Positions 56,473 to 64,000 of a stretch of 64,000 nt of DNA are shown piece after piece. Positions within the stretch are counted from its first letter, which is position 1. Each line of letters begins with the position of its first letter. Location: IMG/VR virus record IMGVR_UViG_3300042907_001080, positions 124,001-188,000 of that record; one strand, written 5' to 3'. Below the pieces are notes generated by a model, which saw nothing but the letters and a program-made list of their open reading frames with translations, had not been told where the DNA came from and did no database searches. The translations under genes were made by a program, and so were the position numbers.

Positions 56473-57308
56473 TACATATTTCCTTGTTTGATCTGTTGTA
56501 TTAGGTCGATTTGCTCGGGTTGTAGAATTTTTGGGATTGATACTTTAATTTTTATCAATAAGTTACCTCGCTGCCTTGTGCGCATATTGGGCAAACCTTC
56601 ACCTCTGCAACTCATTACTGTATCCGGTTGTGTACCGGGTGGCAAGTTCATTGATAATGTTTTACGATCTAGTGTTTGTATTTCTATACTAGCTCCCAGC
56701 AATGCATCCCATACACTTACTTCTCGTTCTACGATCAACGATGTGCCTTCTCGTCGGTATATGGGGTGTTCACGCACTATGACATTAACCAATAAATCTC
56801 CTGGTTTGAGACTGGGTATTGAATCATCACCCATGCCTTCGTATCTAATTTGTTGTCCATGCTCTATGCCCGGAGGAATCTGAATGTTGATCATCTTATT
56901 CTTACCAGGGATTGAAACTTCAGCGGTAAAGTCTTTGCCGTTAAGCACATCTTCTAAGGTAATTTCTACATTGATGTTTAGGGATCTATTTCTGCGTTGA
57001 GGCTGGCGACCAAATCCGCCAAAGCCAAAGTTACCGAAAATGTCATGCATATTACCAGTGTCGAAATGAAACTCAAACGGATTTTGACCTCTACCCATGC
57101 CCGGCTGTGCATTAGGATCACCGCCAAGGTCTATGATTTGTTTTTTCTGGGGGTCGCTAAGAAATTCGTAAGCCTGTGATATTTCTTTGAACTTCTTTTC
57201 ATCACCGCCTCGATCTGGGTGATATTTCATGGCCATGCTTCGGTATGCCTTTTTTATTTCGGCATCACTGGCGTTTCGTTTTAGTCCTAGGGTAGCGTAG
57301 TAATCCAT
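56472..57308 (-). CDS. Class B J-domain co-chaperone (DnaJ/CbpA-like, no zinc finger)
   Basis: J domain with HPD ('KYHPDRGG'), G/F linker, DnaJ_C repeats; no CxxCxGxG. Confidence 0.9.
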   Translation of the reverse strand: MDYYATLGLKRNASDAEIKKAYRSMAMKYHPDRGGDEKKFKEISQAYEFLSDPQKKQIIDLGGDPNAQPGMGRGQNPFEFHFDTGNMHDIFGNFGFGGFGRQPQRRNRSLNINVEITLEDVLNGKDFTAEVSIPGKNKMINIQIPPGIEHGQQIRYEGMGDDSIPSLKPGDLLVNVIVREHPIYRREGTSLIVEREVSVWDALLGASIEIQTLDRKTLSMNLPPGTQPDTVMSCRGEGLPNMRTRQRGNLLIKIKVSIPKILQPEQIDLIQQIKQGNM

Positions 57309-57314
57309 GTTTAT

Positions 57315-57343
57315 ATTATATGATAAAAAAAGGACTGTGTCAA
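57315..57343 (-). promoter_or_regulatory. Perfect sigma70 consensus promoter for dnaJ-clpA (probably leaderless)
   Basis: TTGACA-17 nt-TATAAT; ATG is 6 nt after the -10 box, with no SD. Confidence 0.85.
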
Positions 57344-57354
57344 GCAGTCCTTTT
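57325..57354. terminator. Intrinsic terminator after the lysis operon
   Basis: aaaaggactg-tgtcaag-cagtcctttt with a T7 tract on the - strand. Confidence 0.85.
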
Positions 57355-57378
57355 ATTTAATTAGAAATTTACTGAGCT

Positions 57379-57603
57379 TTATTTTTTCTTTTCAGGAACT
57401 GCTGTGCCTTCATGTTTTTCACGCACTTTGACTTCTTTGCAGTTTTGTTTTGGTTTGTTGGTCTTAGGATCTATTACAGGCTTACCATCTTTGCCCTGTT
57501 GATCCACACAGACTTTTTTAGTTTTTGGTTTGGTATCATCGGCTGCATATATAGGGAATGACATCGCTAATGCAAGTCCTGCTACAAAAATAATGTTCTT
57601 CAT
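57379..57603 (-). CDS. Small secreted/periplasmic protein
   Basis: Sec signal 'MKNIIFVAGLALAMSFPIYA'; Lys-rich mature part with two Cys. Confidence 0.7.
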   Translation of the reverse strand: MKNIIFVAGLALAMSFPIYAADDTKPKTKKVCVDQQGKDGKPVIDPKTNKPKQNCKEVKVREKHEGTAVPEKKK

Positions 57604-57604
57604 A

Positions 57605-57727
57605 TTAGTCTCCTTTTTTAGCTATCATAGCTTGAATTTTTTCTTGAATAATCTTTGCCCAAAATGGCTGTGGAAAATTCCATCCTACAAATGCTCCTAC
57701 TGCTATCCATAGTAATGTATCTAACAT
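57605..57727 (-). CDS. 40-aa single-TM microprotein, absent from the ORF track
   Basis: MLDTLLWIAVGAFVGWNFPQPFWAKIIQEKIQAMIAKKGD; SD AAGGAG upstream. Confidence 0.65.
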   Translation of the reverse strand: MLDTLLWIAVGAFVGWNFPQPFWAKIIQEKIQAMIAKKGD

Positions 57728-57739
57728 ATCCTGCTCCTT

Positions 57740-58282
57740 TTAAATTTCCGGCTGCTCTGGCTGTGCAGGCATTGGTTTGCCACTGCTAGAAACGCCTACT
57801 GATGGTTTAGCCGCTGGCGTTCCGAATCCTGGACTGCCACCAAAGCTGCTCGGTGCTGGAGTAGTAGATGTGCTTCCAAAGCTGCCTCCGAAACTGCCAC
57901 TTGATGCTGGAGCACTGAAGCTTCCTGCCTGTGCACCAAATCCTGGTTGAGGTGCGCCATATGTTGTTGTGACGCTCTGTGCCACTGGTTGCATGCCGCC
58001 ATTGTTTGCTCCATTTAGTTTTTCTTGTGTGCGACCAAATGCCGCAATACCTAAAACAGCACCCATTGCGATGTGAAACAAACCAGCACCTTGTAGTGTT
58101 AATGGATTCCATTGAGTGATTGGAGTATGAGTTGCTGTTTGTAACAAACTCCATAGTACTGGGAATAAGATCATGTCAAACATACATACCAACATATACA
58201 TCCAACCCATCATTGGACGCCACTTGCTGTTCATCCAATCTTCTTTCTTTTGTTCGCTTTCGCTTTTCACTGCTTCTGACAT
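57740..58282 (-). CDS. Putative holin (3TM/GTA-holin-like) with Gly/Ser/Pro-rich tail
   Basis: 'KWRPMMGW.Y' and 'MGAVLGIAAFGRT.EK' motifs; TM helices; lysis-cassette context. Confidence 0.7.
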   Translation of the reverse strand: MSEAVKSESEQKKEDWMNSKWRPMMGWMYMLVCMFDMILFPVLWSLLQTATHTPITQWNPLTLQGAGLFHIAMGAVLGIAAFGRTQEKLNGANNGGMQPVAQSVTTTYGAPQPGFGAQAGSFSAPASSGSFGGSFGSTSTTPAPSSFGGSPGFGTPAAKPSVGVSSSGKPMPAQPEQPEI

Positions 58283-58308
58283 AGTTCGCTCCTATTTGTC
58301 TTTACTAT

Positions 58309-58872
58309 TTAAAACCAAAGGTATAAACCGTTTAGGCTTAATAATATTCCAAATCCTGCTACAGCAAAGCTGCCCCAGAACATGGCCATACTAACTGCAA
58401 GAATACTTGCTGATAACACAACGATTGCTAATTGATATGCTGTTGATGCATAACCGATCCATGGACTAGACTTTTTAGCCTCTTCACGTGCTGCTTCCAT
58501 GGCACGAGCCTTTTCGGCAATTTCTTTCTTGTCAGCATCCATGCGTTCTTTTTCAGCCATGAACTCTGCTTTGATCTTTGGATCGGCTGTTGTCTTAGCC
58601 GCAATTTCGTAGCTAACACCGCGACCTGCTTTGGCTTGATACTGTGCCCAAGTATTGTTAGCACCTAGTGTATTGTTTAATACTGTGCTGGACAACTTGC
58701 CGCCGTACCATGCGTTAACTGCTAACAACAAAGCAAATACGGAAATAACCATACCTGCTTTGTCTTTTAATTTTGCTTCACGCTCTGAACGTGAGCCAAC
58801 TGGTGGCTTTGGTGCGTCTGGATCTTTTGGTTGTTTGTTAACTAAATTTAATACTGAATCTATTAATGCCAT
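58309..58872 (-). CDS. DUF4337-like membrane protein
   Basis: TM, then 'N.WA.YQAK', coiled coil, 'Q.AIVV.SASIL' and two TMs. Confidence 0.6.
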   Translation of the reverse strand: MALIDSVLNLVNKQPKDPDAPKPPVGSRSEREAKLKDKAGMVISVFALLLAVNAWYGGKLSSTVLNNTLGANNTWAQYQAKAGRGVSYEIAAKTTADPKIKAEFMAEKERMDADKKEIAEKARAMEAAREEAKKSSPWIGYASTAYQLAIVVLSASILAVSMAMFWGSFAVAGFGILLSLNGLYLWF

Positions 58873-58896
58873 TTTTCGCTCCTACTTAATGTCCTA

Positions 58897-59523
58897 TTAT
58901 TTAACTGATTCGAAGATTTTCTTCTGTTCTCGATACCATTCCTGCCACATTCTCAATTTTTCTGCATTTTCGTGGCAGGCACCGTAGTTTTCAACGACTC
59001 TGTCGAGGAGCCGACTGGCTTCAATTCCGCTGGGGGTTCCATCAGTTGCGGCGGCACGTTCGGGAACTTCATTACGACTGGCGCTGTCGTGCAAGCTGAC
59101 AGTAGACTTAGGCAAAGTACACTGAGCATCCAATTGCTTACCCGCAACTTCTTTGATAATTTCTCTGTTGACATAGACATTTTCCTTGACTACTTTAATT
59201 TTTTCTACAATTTTAGTTTCTATTACTGTGTTTACTTGCTGACTCTTTTCTTCAGCGGCTTTTACTTTTGCTTCTAATTCTTTAACACGTTCGCGCCAAG
59301 CCATTTCTGTTCCATGGCTTCCGAACAAATAACTACCTGCTACCAGTAATACAACTCCAACTAGTTCTGCAGGTAGTTTGTATTGAGATATTAGAGGAAT
59401 CCATGTAACCAACTTGCTGGCCACATACAATCCAACTCCAACAGCAATCAATAGGTAAGTGATCCAGAGAAAAAAACTATCTGGAATCAGCGCCAGCACC
59501 CATTGAATCTGCCACACGATCAA
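58897..59523 (-). CDS. Inner-membrane spanin (Rz-like)
   Basis: N-terminal TMs and periplasmic coiled coil; follows the endolysin and contains an embedded lipoprotein ORF. Confidence 0.7.
   Translation of the reverse strand: MIVWQIQWVLALIPDSFFLWITYLLIAVGVGLYVASKLVTWIPLISQYKLPAELVGVVLLVAGSYLFGSHGTEMAWRERVKELEAKVKAAEEKSQQVNTVIETKIVEKIKVVKENVYVNREIIKEVAGKQLDAQCTLPKSTVSLHDSASRNEVPERAAATDGTPSGIEASRLLDRVVENYGACHENAEKLRMWQEWYREQKKIFESVK
58953..59129 (-). CDS. Embedded outer-membrane lipoprotein spanin (Rz1-like)
   Basis: Alternative frame inside the Rz-like gene: MLSVLCLSLLSAC (lipobox LSAC) followed by Pro-rich 'PVVMKFPNVPPQLMEPPAELKP'. Confidence 0.75.
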   Translation of the reverse strand: MLSVLCLSLLSACTTAPVVMKFPNVPPQLMEPPAELKPVGSSTESLKTTVPATKMQKN

Positions 59524-60149
59524 TGTGCTCCGAATATATGCAGAGCGTGTTCGTAGTGTTTGATTCTATCCTCAAGACCAATAGTGCCACCGTTGATACG
59601 CTTGGTCAATGTGAGAATATCACCCTTATCTGCCCATTGGTTGAGATTGTTTTGATCCCAGAAGAAGCATGCGCTTTGTACAGCACCTTCAAATGTCTGA
59701 AGATATTCTGATGCTTCTTCTACAGGTACCTCAATACTGGCCGCAAAGAATGTATAGTTGTCTTTGCCAGTGAGCTGTATCAGCCCACGACCGCAGTATT
59801 TGAATCCGTCGCCACTTGCTTCGTCTCCGTTACCCATGCGATTAGCATATACTCTGTTGGCAATTTTTTCGGGCTTGTTAGCGTATGCGGCTGCAATAGC
59901 ATCATCTGGAAAGTATTTGGGAAACACTTTTCTAAGACTGGCTGCTTTGTAGTTTAAATTTTCTTTGAGGAACACAAATCCACCGCTTTCGTGAGCGCAT
60001 TGTGCTAGGAAAGCTGCCACACGCTGTGGAGTATTGATATCATATTCTGGAAGTATGGCATTTAGTGCATCATACCAGTTCTGTAGATACGGATTCTTTG
60101 GCAGCATTTCTTTCAGCTGCTCTTTGGTAAAATCAAATGTAAAGCTCAT
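59520..60149 (-). CDS. Glycoside hydrolase family 19 endolysin
   Basis: 'AAFLAQCAHESGGF', 'ENLNY', 'GDGFKYCGRGLIQLTGKDNY', 'TKRINGGTIGLEDR'. Confidence 0.92.
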   Translation of the reverse strand: MSFTFDFTKEQLKEMLPKNPYLQNWYDALNAILPEYDINTPQRVAAFLAQCAHESGGFVFLKENLNYKAASLRKVFPKYFPDDAIAAAYANKPEKIANRVYANRMGNGDEASGDGFKYCGRGLIQLTGKDNYTFFAASIEVPVEEASEYLQTFEGAVQSACFFWDQNNLNQWADKGDILTLTKRINGGTIGLEDRIKHYEHALHIFGAH

Positions 60150-60151
60150 TA

Positions 60152-60904
60152 TCAGATCCTTTTTAATAACATTGAACGTTCGCCGTTGTTGAACACGAAT
60201 GTGTCACCTACTTTGTTTATAGTGTAGTCTCCTAACACCTTTGTAAGCCAAAATGCTTCGCTGGTAGCTGCTTGATCTACACTGTATCCATCTGTGATGC
60301 CTTCTAAGATAGATTCTGTGTTGCCGTCTTTGACAATTTCTAATCGCACTTGAGAACCAAACGGTTTAATTATAGTTATCACGTTGCCGTCGAGATTCAG
60401 ATCGTCCATCAATGTCTTTGAAAAGAATCTTTTTACATCTTCGGTGCGATTTTTATTTATAAAATCTCGATATTCATTGACACTTGAGGGAATCTTATCC
60501 TTGAGATTGCCTGTGCTGGCTTCATGCACATGATTTTGTTTATAGTATTTAAATTTAAATTCATCTAATCCAGTAAGTCTTTTCACACCATAGGTTAGTT
60601 CCTGAATGTGTTCTGCTAGTTTAGGTGTCCTGCCAATTTCTACAAATACAGAATATTCGCCGTTGTTGTCCTCGCCACTACTGACATCTGCATCTAGCAC
60701 GAAATTGTAGCCCTTTTCGATAAACTCCATGAGATCCTTGGCAGGAGATCGATCTTTGACTTTGAAGCTGACTACGCAGACATCTTGATCCTCGCCCATT
60801 TTTGATCTAAAGGCATCTACTTCAAATACATCGTGGACCATCTCTTTCAGGTCTGTGGGTCTCAGCCCTTCGTTAAGCTGCTGGTTGTTCTGCTGGTTGT
60901 GCAT
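60152..60904 (-). CDS. Hypothetical phage protein
   Basis: About 250 aa ('SKMGED', 'VLDADVSSGE'); start with SD AGGA. Confidence 0.65.
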   Translation of the reverse strand: MHNQQNNQQLNEGLRPTDLKEMVHDVFEVDAFRSKMGEDQDVCVVSFKVKDRSPAKDLMEFIEKGYNFVLDADVSSGEDNNGEYSVFVEIGRTPKLAEHIQELTYGVKRLTGLDEFKFKYYKQNHVHEASTGNLKDKIPSSVNEYRDFINKNRTEDVKRFFSKTLMDDLNLDGNVITIIKPFGSQVRLEIVKDGNTESILEGITDGYSVDQAATSEAFWLTKVLGDYTINKVGDTFVFNNGERSMLLKRI

Positions 60905-61412
60905 TTGCCATATCCTGTGCTTGTTGTTCTGCTGGATCGATCGAAGCATTGATGCTGTTGGCATTTACGATGTCTTCAATCTTATTCTTATCAAGTTCTG
61001 TGTAGCCTCGGTTGATATCACTCATGAGTTTCTTGGGCATGCTAATCTTTATCATCCATATGTCTTTGTGATCGATTTTGCCTTTGCGTGTGCCTGGCCT
61101 AATATCATCCGGAGTTTTGATCTTCCGCACTGTCGCAATCTTGCTTTCTGCTACTTGCACTCTACACCCGTATTCTAACAGACGTTTTCCGCCTGCGGGT
61201 TCAGGTAGCTGATCGTGTGGCCACATAAATGTGCATTCCACATAATATCTGCTTTCTCTCGGACCTTCTACAATTTCTCCGTCGATCCAGTTATCGAACA
61301 CGTATACATCTAATTCATCTAGTACACGCTCGAAGTCTTTGAGCAGTTGTAGGCTGTTGTTAGACCCGTAGATCTGTTCAATATTGCTGATTATGTCTTT
61401 GATATCTGCCAT
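60873..61412 (-). CDS. Hypothetical late protein
   Basis: 179 aa, SD GGAG, upstream GATAAATA. Confidence 0.65.
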   Translation of the reverse strand: MADIKDIISNIEQIYGSNNSLQLLKDFERVLDELDVYVFDNWIDGEIVEGPRESRYYVECTFMWPHDQLPEPAGGKRLLEYGCRVQVAESKIATVRKIKTPDDIRPGTRKGKIDHKDIWMIKISMPKKLMSDINRGYTELDKNKIEDIVNANSINASIDPAEQQAQDMANAQPAEQPAA

Positions 61413-61426
61413 AGTATCTCCCGTTG

Positions 61427-61482
61427 TATTTATCGTCAAAATACAAACATAACATATAACTTTTAGATCCGGGAGTTAAATA
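61427..61482. promoter_or_regulatory. Divergent pair of late promoter-like motifs
   Basis: GATAAATA on the - strand (61427-61434) and TAAATA on the + strand (61477-61482). Confidence 0.55.
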
Positions 61483-61552
61483 CACATGTGTTCGGTCACG
61501 GACACTACGGTTTGAGGTCCGTGCCTAACACTTACAGGAGGGCTAACCTTAT

Positions 61553-62293
61553 ATGAAGCGAAAAAGAGCGCAAGTTCAGCAAAACGAGCAATATGATCCA
61601 CGATTTAACACAAACGTAATAAATATTGATCATAGGTTAAATGAAAAACGCAGAAGAGTACAGATTTATCCCAAGAGTCTAAGCCAAGAGACTTATCTAC
61701 TTAAACTAAACGATCCCAACAAAATGATTGTATTCGCCATCGGTCCAGCCGGTACGGGTAAAACCATGCTGGCGGTTCAGTGGGCCATAGATCAACTCAA
61801 ATATGGATCTGCAGATAAAATCATAATTACTCGACCTGCTGTGAGTGTTGATGAAGAACACGGATTCTTGCCCGGGGACCTAAATGAAAAAATGGCCCCT
61901 TGGACCAAGCCAATATTTGATGTAATCGCAGAAAATTTCAACGCCAGAGAGATAGAAAATTTTATCAAAGAAGGAGTGATAGAAACCAGTCCTTTGGCAT
62001 ATATGCGAGGTAGAACTTTTAAAAACGCAGTGGTTGTAGCTGATGAGATGCAGAATGCTACACCTAGTCAGATGAAGATGTTGCTGACGAGACTAGGACA
62101 GAACAGCAAGATGGTAGTTACAGGAGACCTACAACAGGCTGATCGTCCTAGCAACAATGGCTTACTAGAATTTTTGGGATTGTATAATAACTTCCAGGGC
62201 CACAGATATGTGGATCTAGTAAAATTTGATGTGCAGGATGTTGAACGTCACGAAGCTGTTAAGGAGATATTAGCAATCTACGGCGACGATTAA
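61553..62293 (+). CDS. phoH: PhoH-family ATPase
   Basis: 'GPAGTGKT', 'ITRPAV', 'GFLPG', 'LAYMRGRTF', 'DEMQN', 'LTRLG', 'TGD..Q.D'. Confidence 0.95.
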   Translation: MKRKRAQVQQNEQYDPRFNTNVINIDHRLNEKRRRVQIYPKSLSQETYLLKLNDPNKMIVFAIGPAGTGKTMLAVQWAIDQLKYGSADKIIITRPAVSVDEEHGFLPGDLNEKMAPWTKPIFDVIAENFNAREIENFIKEGVIETSPLAYMRGRTFKNAVVVADEMQNATPSQMKMLLTRLGQNSKMVVTGDLQQADRPSNNGLLEFLGLYNNFQGHRYVDLVKFDVQDVERHEAVKEILAIYGDD

Positions 62294-62532
62294 TCTTTAG
62301 GGAGGTAGGGGGTCAAGCGATCCCCTAACATTCTTTTATAAAACTCGATCATGTCATCATATCCTGCATCAGGATTGAGCCCGTTTTTGATCACAGTTTT
62401 CTTTTCAAAGTCTAGTATAACCTTGGAAGTCTGGATATCTGTGGTTCTGTAGTGCCTTTTGAATTCAGTGACTTCGTCGTATTTGCCATCAGGCTTCTTG
62501 ATGTATTTCACTATCATGTATCTATTATCCAT
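62290..62532 (-). CDS. Hypothetical protein
   Basis: 80 aa. Confidence 0.6.
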   Translation of the reverse strand: MDNRYMIVKYIKKPDGKYDEVTEFKRHYRTTDIQTSKVILDFEKKTVIKNGLNPDAGYDDMIEFYKRMLGDRLTPYLPKD

Positions 62533-63019
62533 TTACGCTATTTCCTTCTTGATCTATTTCCATCCAGGTGTGATCGCCCATGTATTTTACTCGAGCCTGA
62601 TATTCATAGTCTTCTGGAGCACTACTGGACCAATCGTTGGGACCATGTTGTGTTAGCAATGTATATTGCTTTCTCTTGTCCCATGCTAGCCAATAGATAT
62701 TACCCATTACCGGTTGAAACTGATACACCGCAGCATGAACAGCATCTGTGATATCTAATCTACGCTTGATAGCCTGCGCCTGTTTTTCTAACACATTAAC
62801 CAATTCCACAATTCGATCGTATTCCTGCTGTGCATACATCCTAGCATGATTGATCATTAGATCTTTCTGCTTGGTTACCGGAACTAACTCGAATTTAACT
62901 CCTCCGGCTTCCGTGGGATATTCTGATACGTTTCTATTGAAGAAAGGCACCATTGTTCCACCTATATCGGCATCAAAACTATTTCTGCCTTTGGCAAGAT
63001 TAGATTTTTTATCCGCCAT
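62525..63019 (-). CDS. DUF2452-like protein
   Basis: Coiled coil plus 'A.YQFQPV.G.IYW...P.DW...D.TW' pattern. Confidence 0.55.
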   Translation of the reverse strand: MADKKSNLAKGRNSFDADIGGTMVPFFNRNVSEYPTEAGGVKFELVPVTKQKDLMINHARMYAQQEYDRIVELVNVLEKQAQAIKRRLDITDAVHAAVYQFQPVMGNIYWLAWDKRKQYTLLTQHGPNDWSSSAPEDYEYQARVKYMGDHTWMEIDQEGNSVNG

Positions 63020-63932
63020 TAATCTTTGATAATTTTACCAGAGTAGATGCTAAATTAATTTCTGGATCGATGATCAATGTGTGATCTACCAGAGCCTGCT
63101 TAATGACATGCAAAGCCTTGTCCTGATGTTCTTCTGATCCAAAAATATCTAAATGGTTGTATAGCCACACATATACTTCTTGCATCTCTTCAGCACGTAG
63201 TTTACCGCACAACATCTTACGTGCTTCTTGGATCTTTCCTGCTCTGAACAACTCGACCATATCAAACTTCCACTCTGCAGATCCTACATCTTCCTTAGTA
63301 GCACTGTGCAGTTTGGCATCGTTGGTATTTTGTTGCAATAAATTTAGACATTTACGCAGATCAGGATATGTGGTAGACACATACATATCTAGGGTATCTA
63401 AATCAAATTCAACGTTTTCTTCAACCAACACAGTGGCAGCTCTAGCGGTAAACTCTGTTTGATCAAGTTTTGAGAAATGCCATTGTTGGCAACGACTGTG
63501 CAATGCTGGCACAATCATATTAGGATTATTACAGGTTAAAATAAAGCGAGCATAATTGCTGTATTCTTCTATGATGCCTTTTAACGAATCCTGCGCCTGC
63601 GGACTAAGACGATCTGCTTCGTCTAACAGCACCACCTTAAAGGCACCCCAAGCGATACTGCTGATAAATGGCACTATCTTGTTGCGTATGAAATCAATAC
63701 CTGTTTCTCTACTGGCGTTTACTTCTAGCACATCAGCATCGAGAATTTCGATTTCGTTGACCAGAATCTTAGCCATGGTGGTTTTACCAATGCCTGGAGG
63801 CCCGCTTAACAGTAGATGAGGAATGCTTTTTTCAGCCACCCATGTTTCGACCTGTTTACGTTGTGCAGAGTCACGCCATACATACCCTTCCATCTTTTTA
63901 GGACGATACTTCTCAACCCATAGTTCTTTCAT
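63009..63932 (-). CDS. Clamp loader AAA+ subunit (gp44/RFC small-subunit-like)
   Basis: 'LWVEKYRP', 'GPPGIGKTT', 'NAS', 'LDEAD', 'FILTCN', 'SRC', 'DLRK.LN.LQ'. Confidence 0.93.
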   Translation of the reverse strand: MKELWVEKYRPKKMEGYVWRDSAQRKQVETWVAEKSIPHLLLSGPPGIGKTTMAKILVNEIEILDADVLEVNASRETGIDFIRNKIVPFISSIAWGAFKVVLLDEADRLSPQAQDSLKGIIEEYSNYARFILTCNNPNMIVPALHSRCQQWHFSKLDQTEFTARAATVLVEENVEFDLDTLDMYVSTTYPDLRKCLNLLQQNTNDAKLHSATKEDVGSAEWKFDMVELFRAGKIQEARKMLCGKLRAEEMQEVYVWLYNHLDIFGSEEHQDKALHVIKQALVDHTLIIDPEINLASTLVKLSKINGG

Positions 63933-64000
63933 TCTTTTGCCTTGTTAATAATGTCTTGTGTAATTATACTATTTTCTGCATCATACAGCGAGAGGTTATG

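Noticed and set aside
240-63819. Numerous 60-160 aa antisense or nested ORFs in the ORF track (e.g. 29653-30132, 14173-14631, 44596-45000)
   Set aside because: They shadow well-supported genes and lack SDs or motifs; only the embedded lipoprotein at 58953-59129 was kept.
1-64000. CRISPR array, tRNA or rRNA genes
   Set aside because: No regularly spaced repeats or cloverleaf/T-loop motifs were seen; intergenic gaps are short and explained by promoters, terminators or micro-ORFs. A tRNAscan/Infernal run was not possible.
1-64000. Stop-codon reassignment
   Set aside because: Conserved genes are full length in code 11, and TAA, TGA and TAG all serve as stops.

Overview
A 64 kb segment of a large, gene-dense, T4-related (myovirus-like, possibly jumbo) tailed phage, probably infecting a Gram-negative host (it has a Rz/Rz1-type spanin pair, ClpA and an ErpA/IscA-like protein). 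The standard genetic code fits. The + strand block (1-28.6 kb) holds the end of a very large baseplate/structural gene, four paralogous tail-fibre-like genes and two paralogous structural genes. A late operon follows with four GT-A glycosyltransferase-like genes, five radical SAM genes and two SGNH-like genes, much of it AT-rich. The - strand block (28.6-64 kb) holds a methyltransferase, RNase H/5'-3' exonuclease and a 7-deazaguanine DNA-modification region (DpdA/TGT-like, FolE, QueD-like, QueE; no QueC in the window) mixed with a GT-B glycosyltransferase, PRTase, HIT, cupin and MBD4-like glycosylase. Then come sliding clamp and family B DNA polymerase, putative capsid-targeted internal head proteins, ClpA/DnaJ, a lysis cassette (GH19 endolysin, embedded spanins, holin), phoH (+ strand) and a clamp loader. 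Top hypotheses: (1) DpdA carries the same putative clamp-binding peptide as the polymerase C-terminus (NTFxxLFDF[DE]), suggesting replisome-coupled base exchange; (2) a QTMAN/GTDC1-like glycosyltransferase may glycosylate the deazaguanine; (3) the radical SAM/GT operon may modify the virion; (4) the internal proteins look like protease-cleavable polyproteins of microprotein modules. All family calls are from motif recognition by eye, with no database search.
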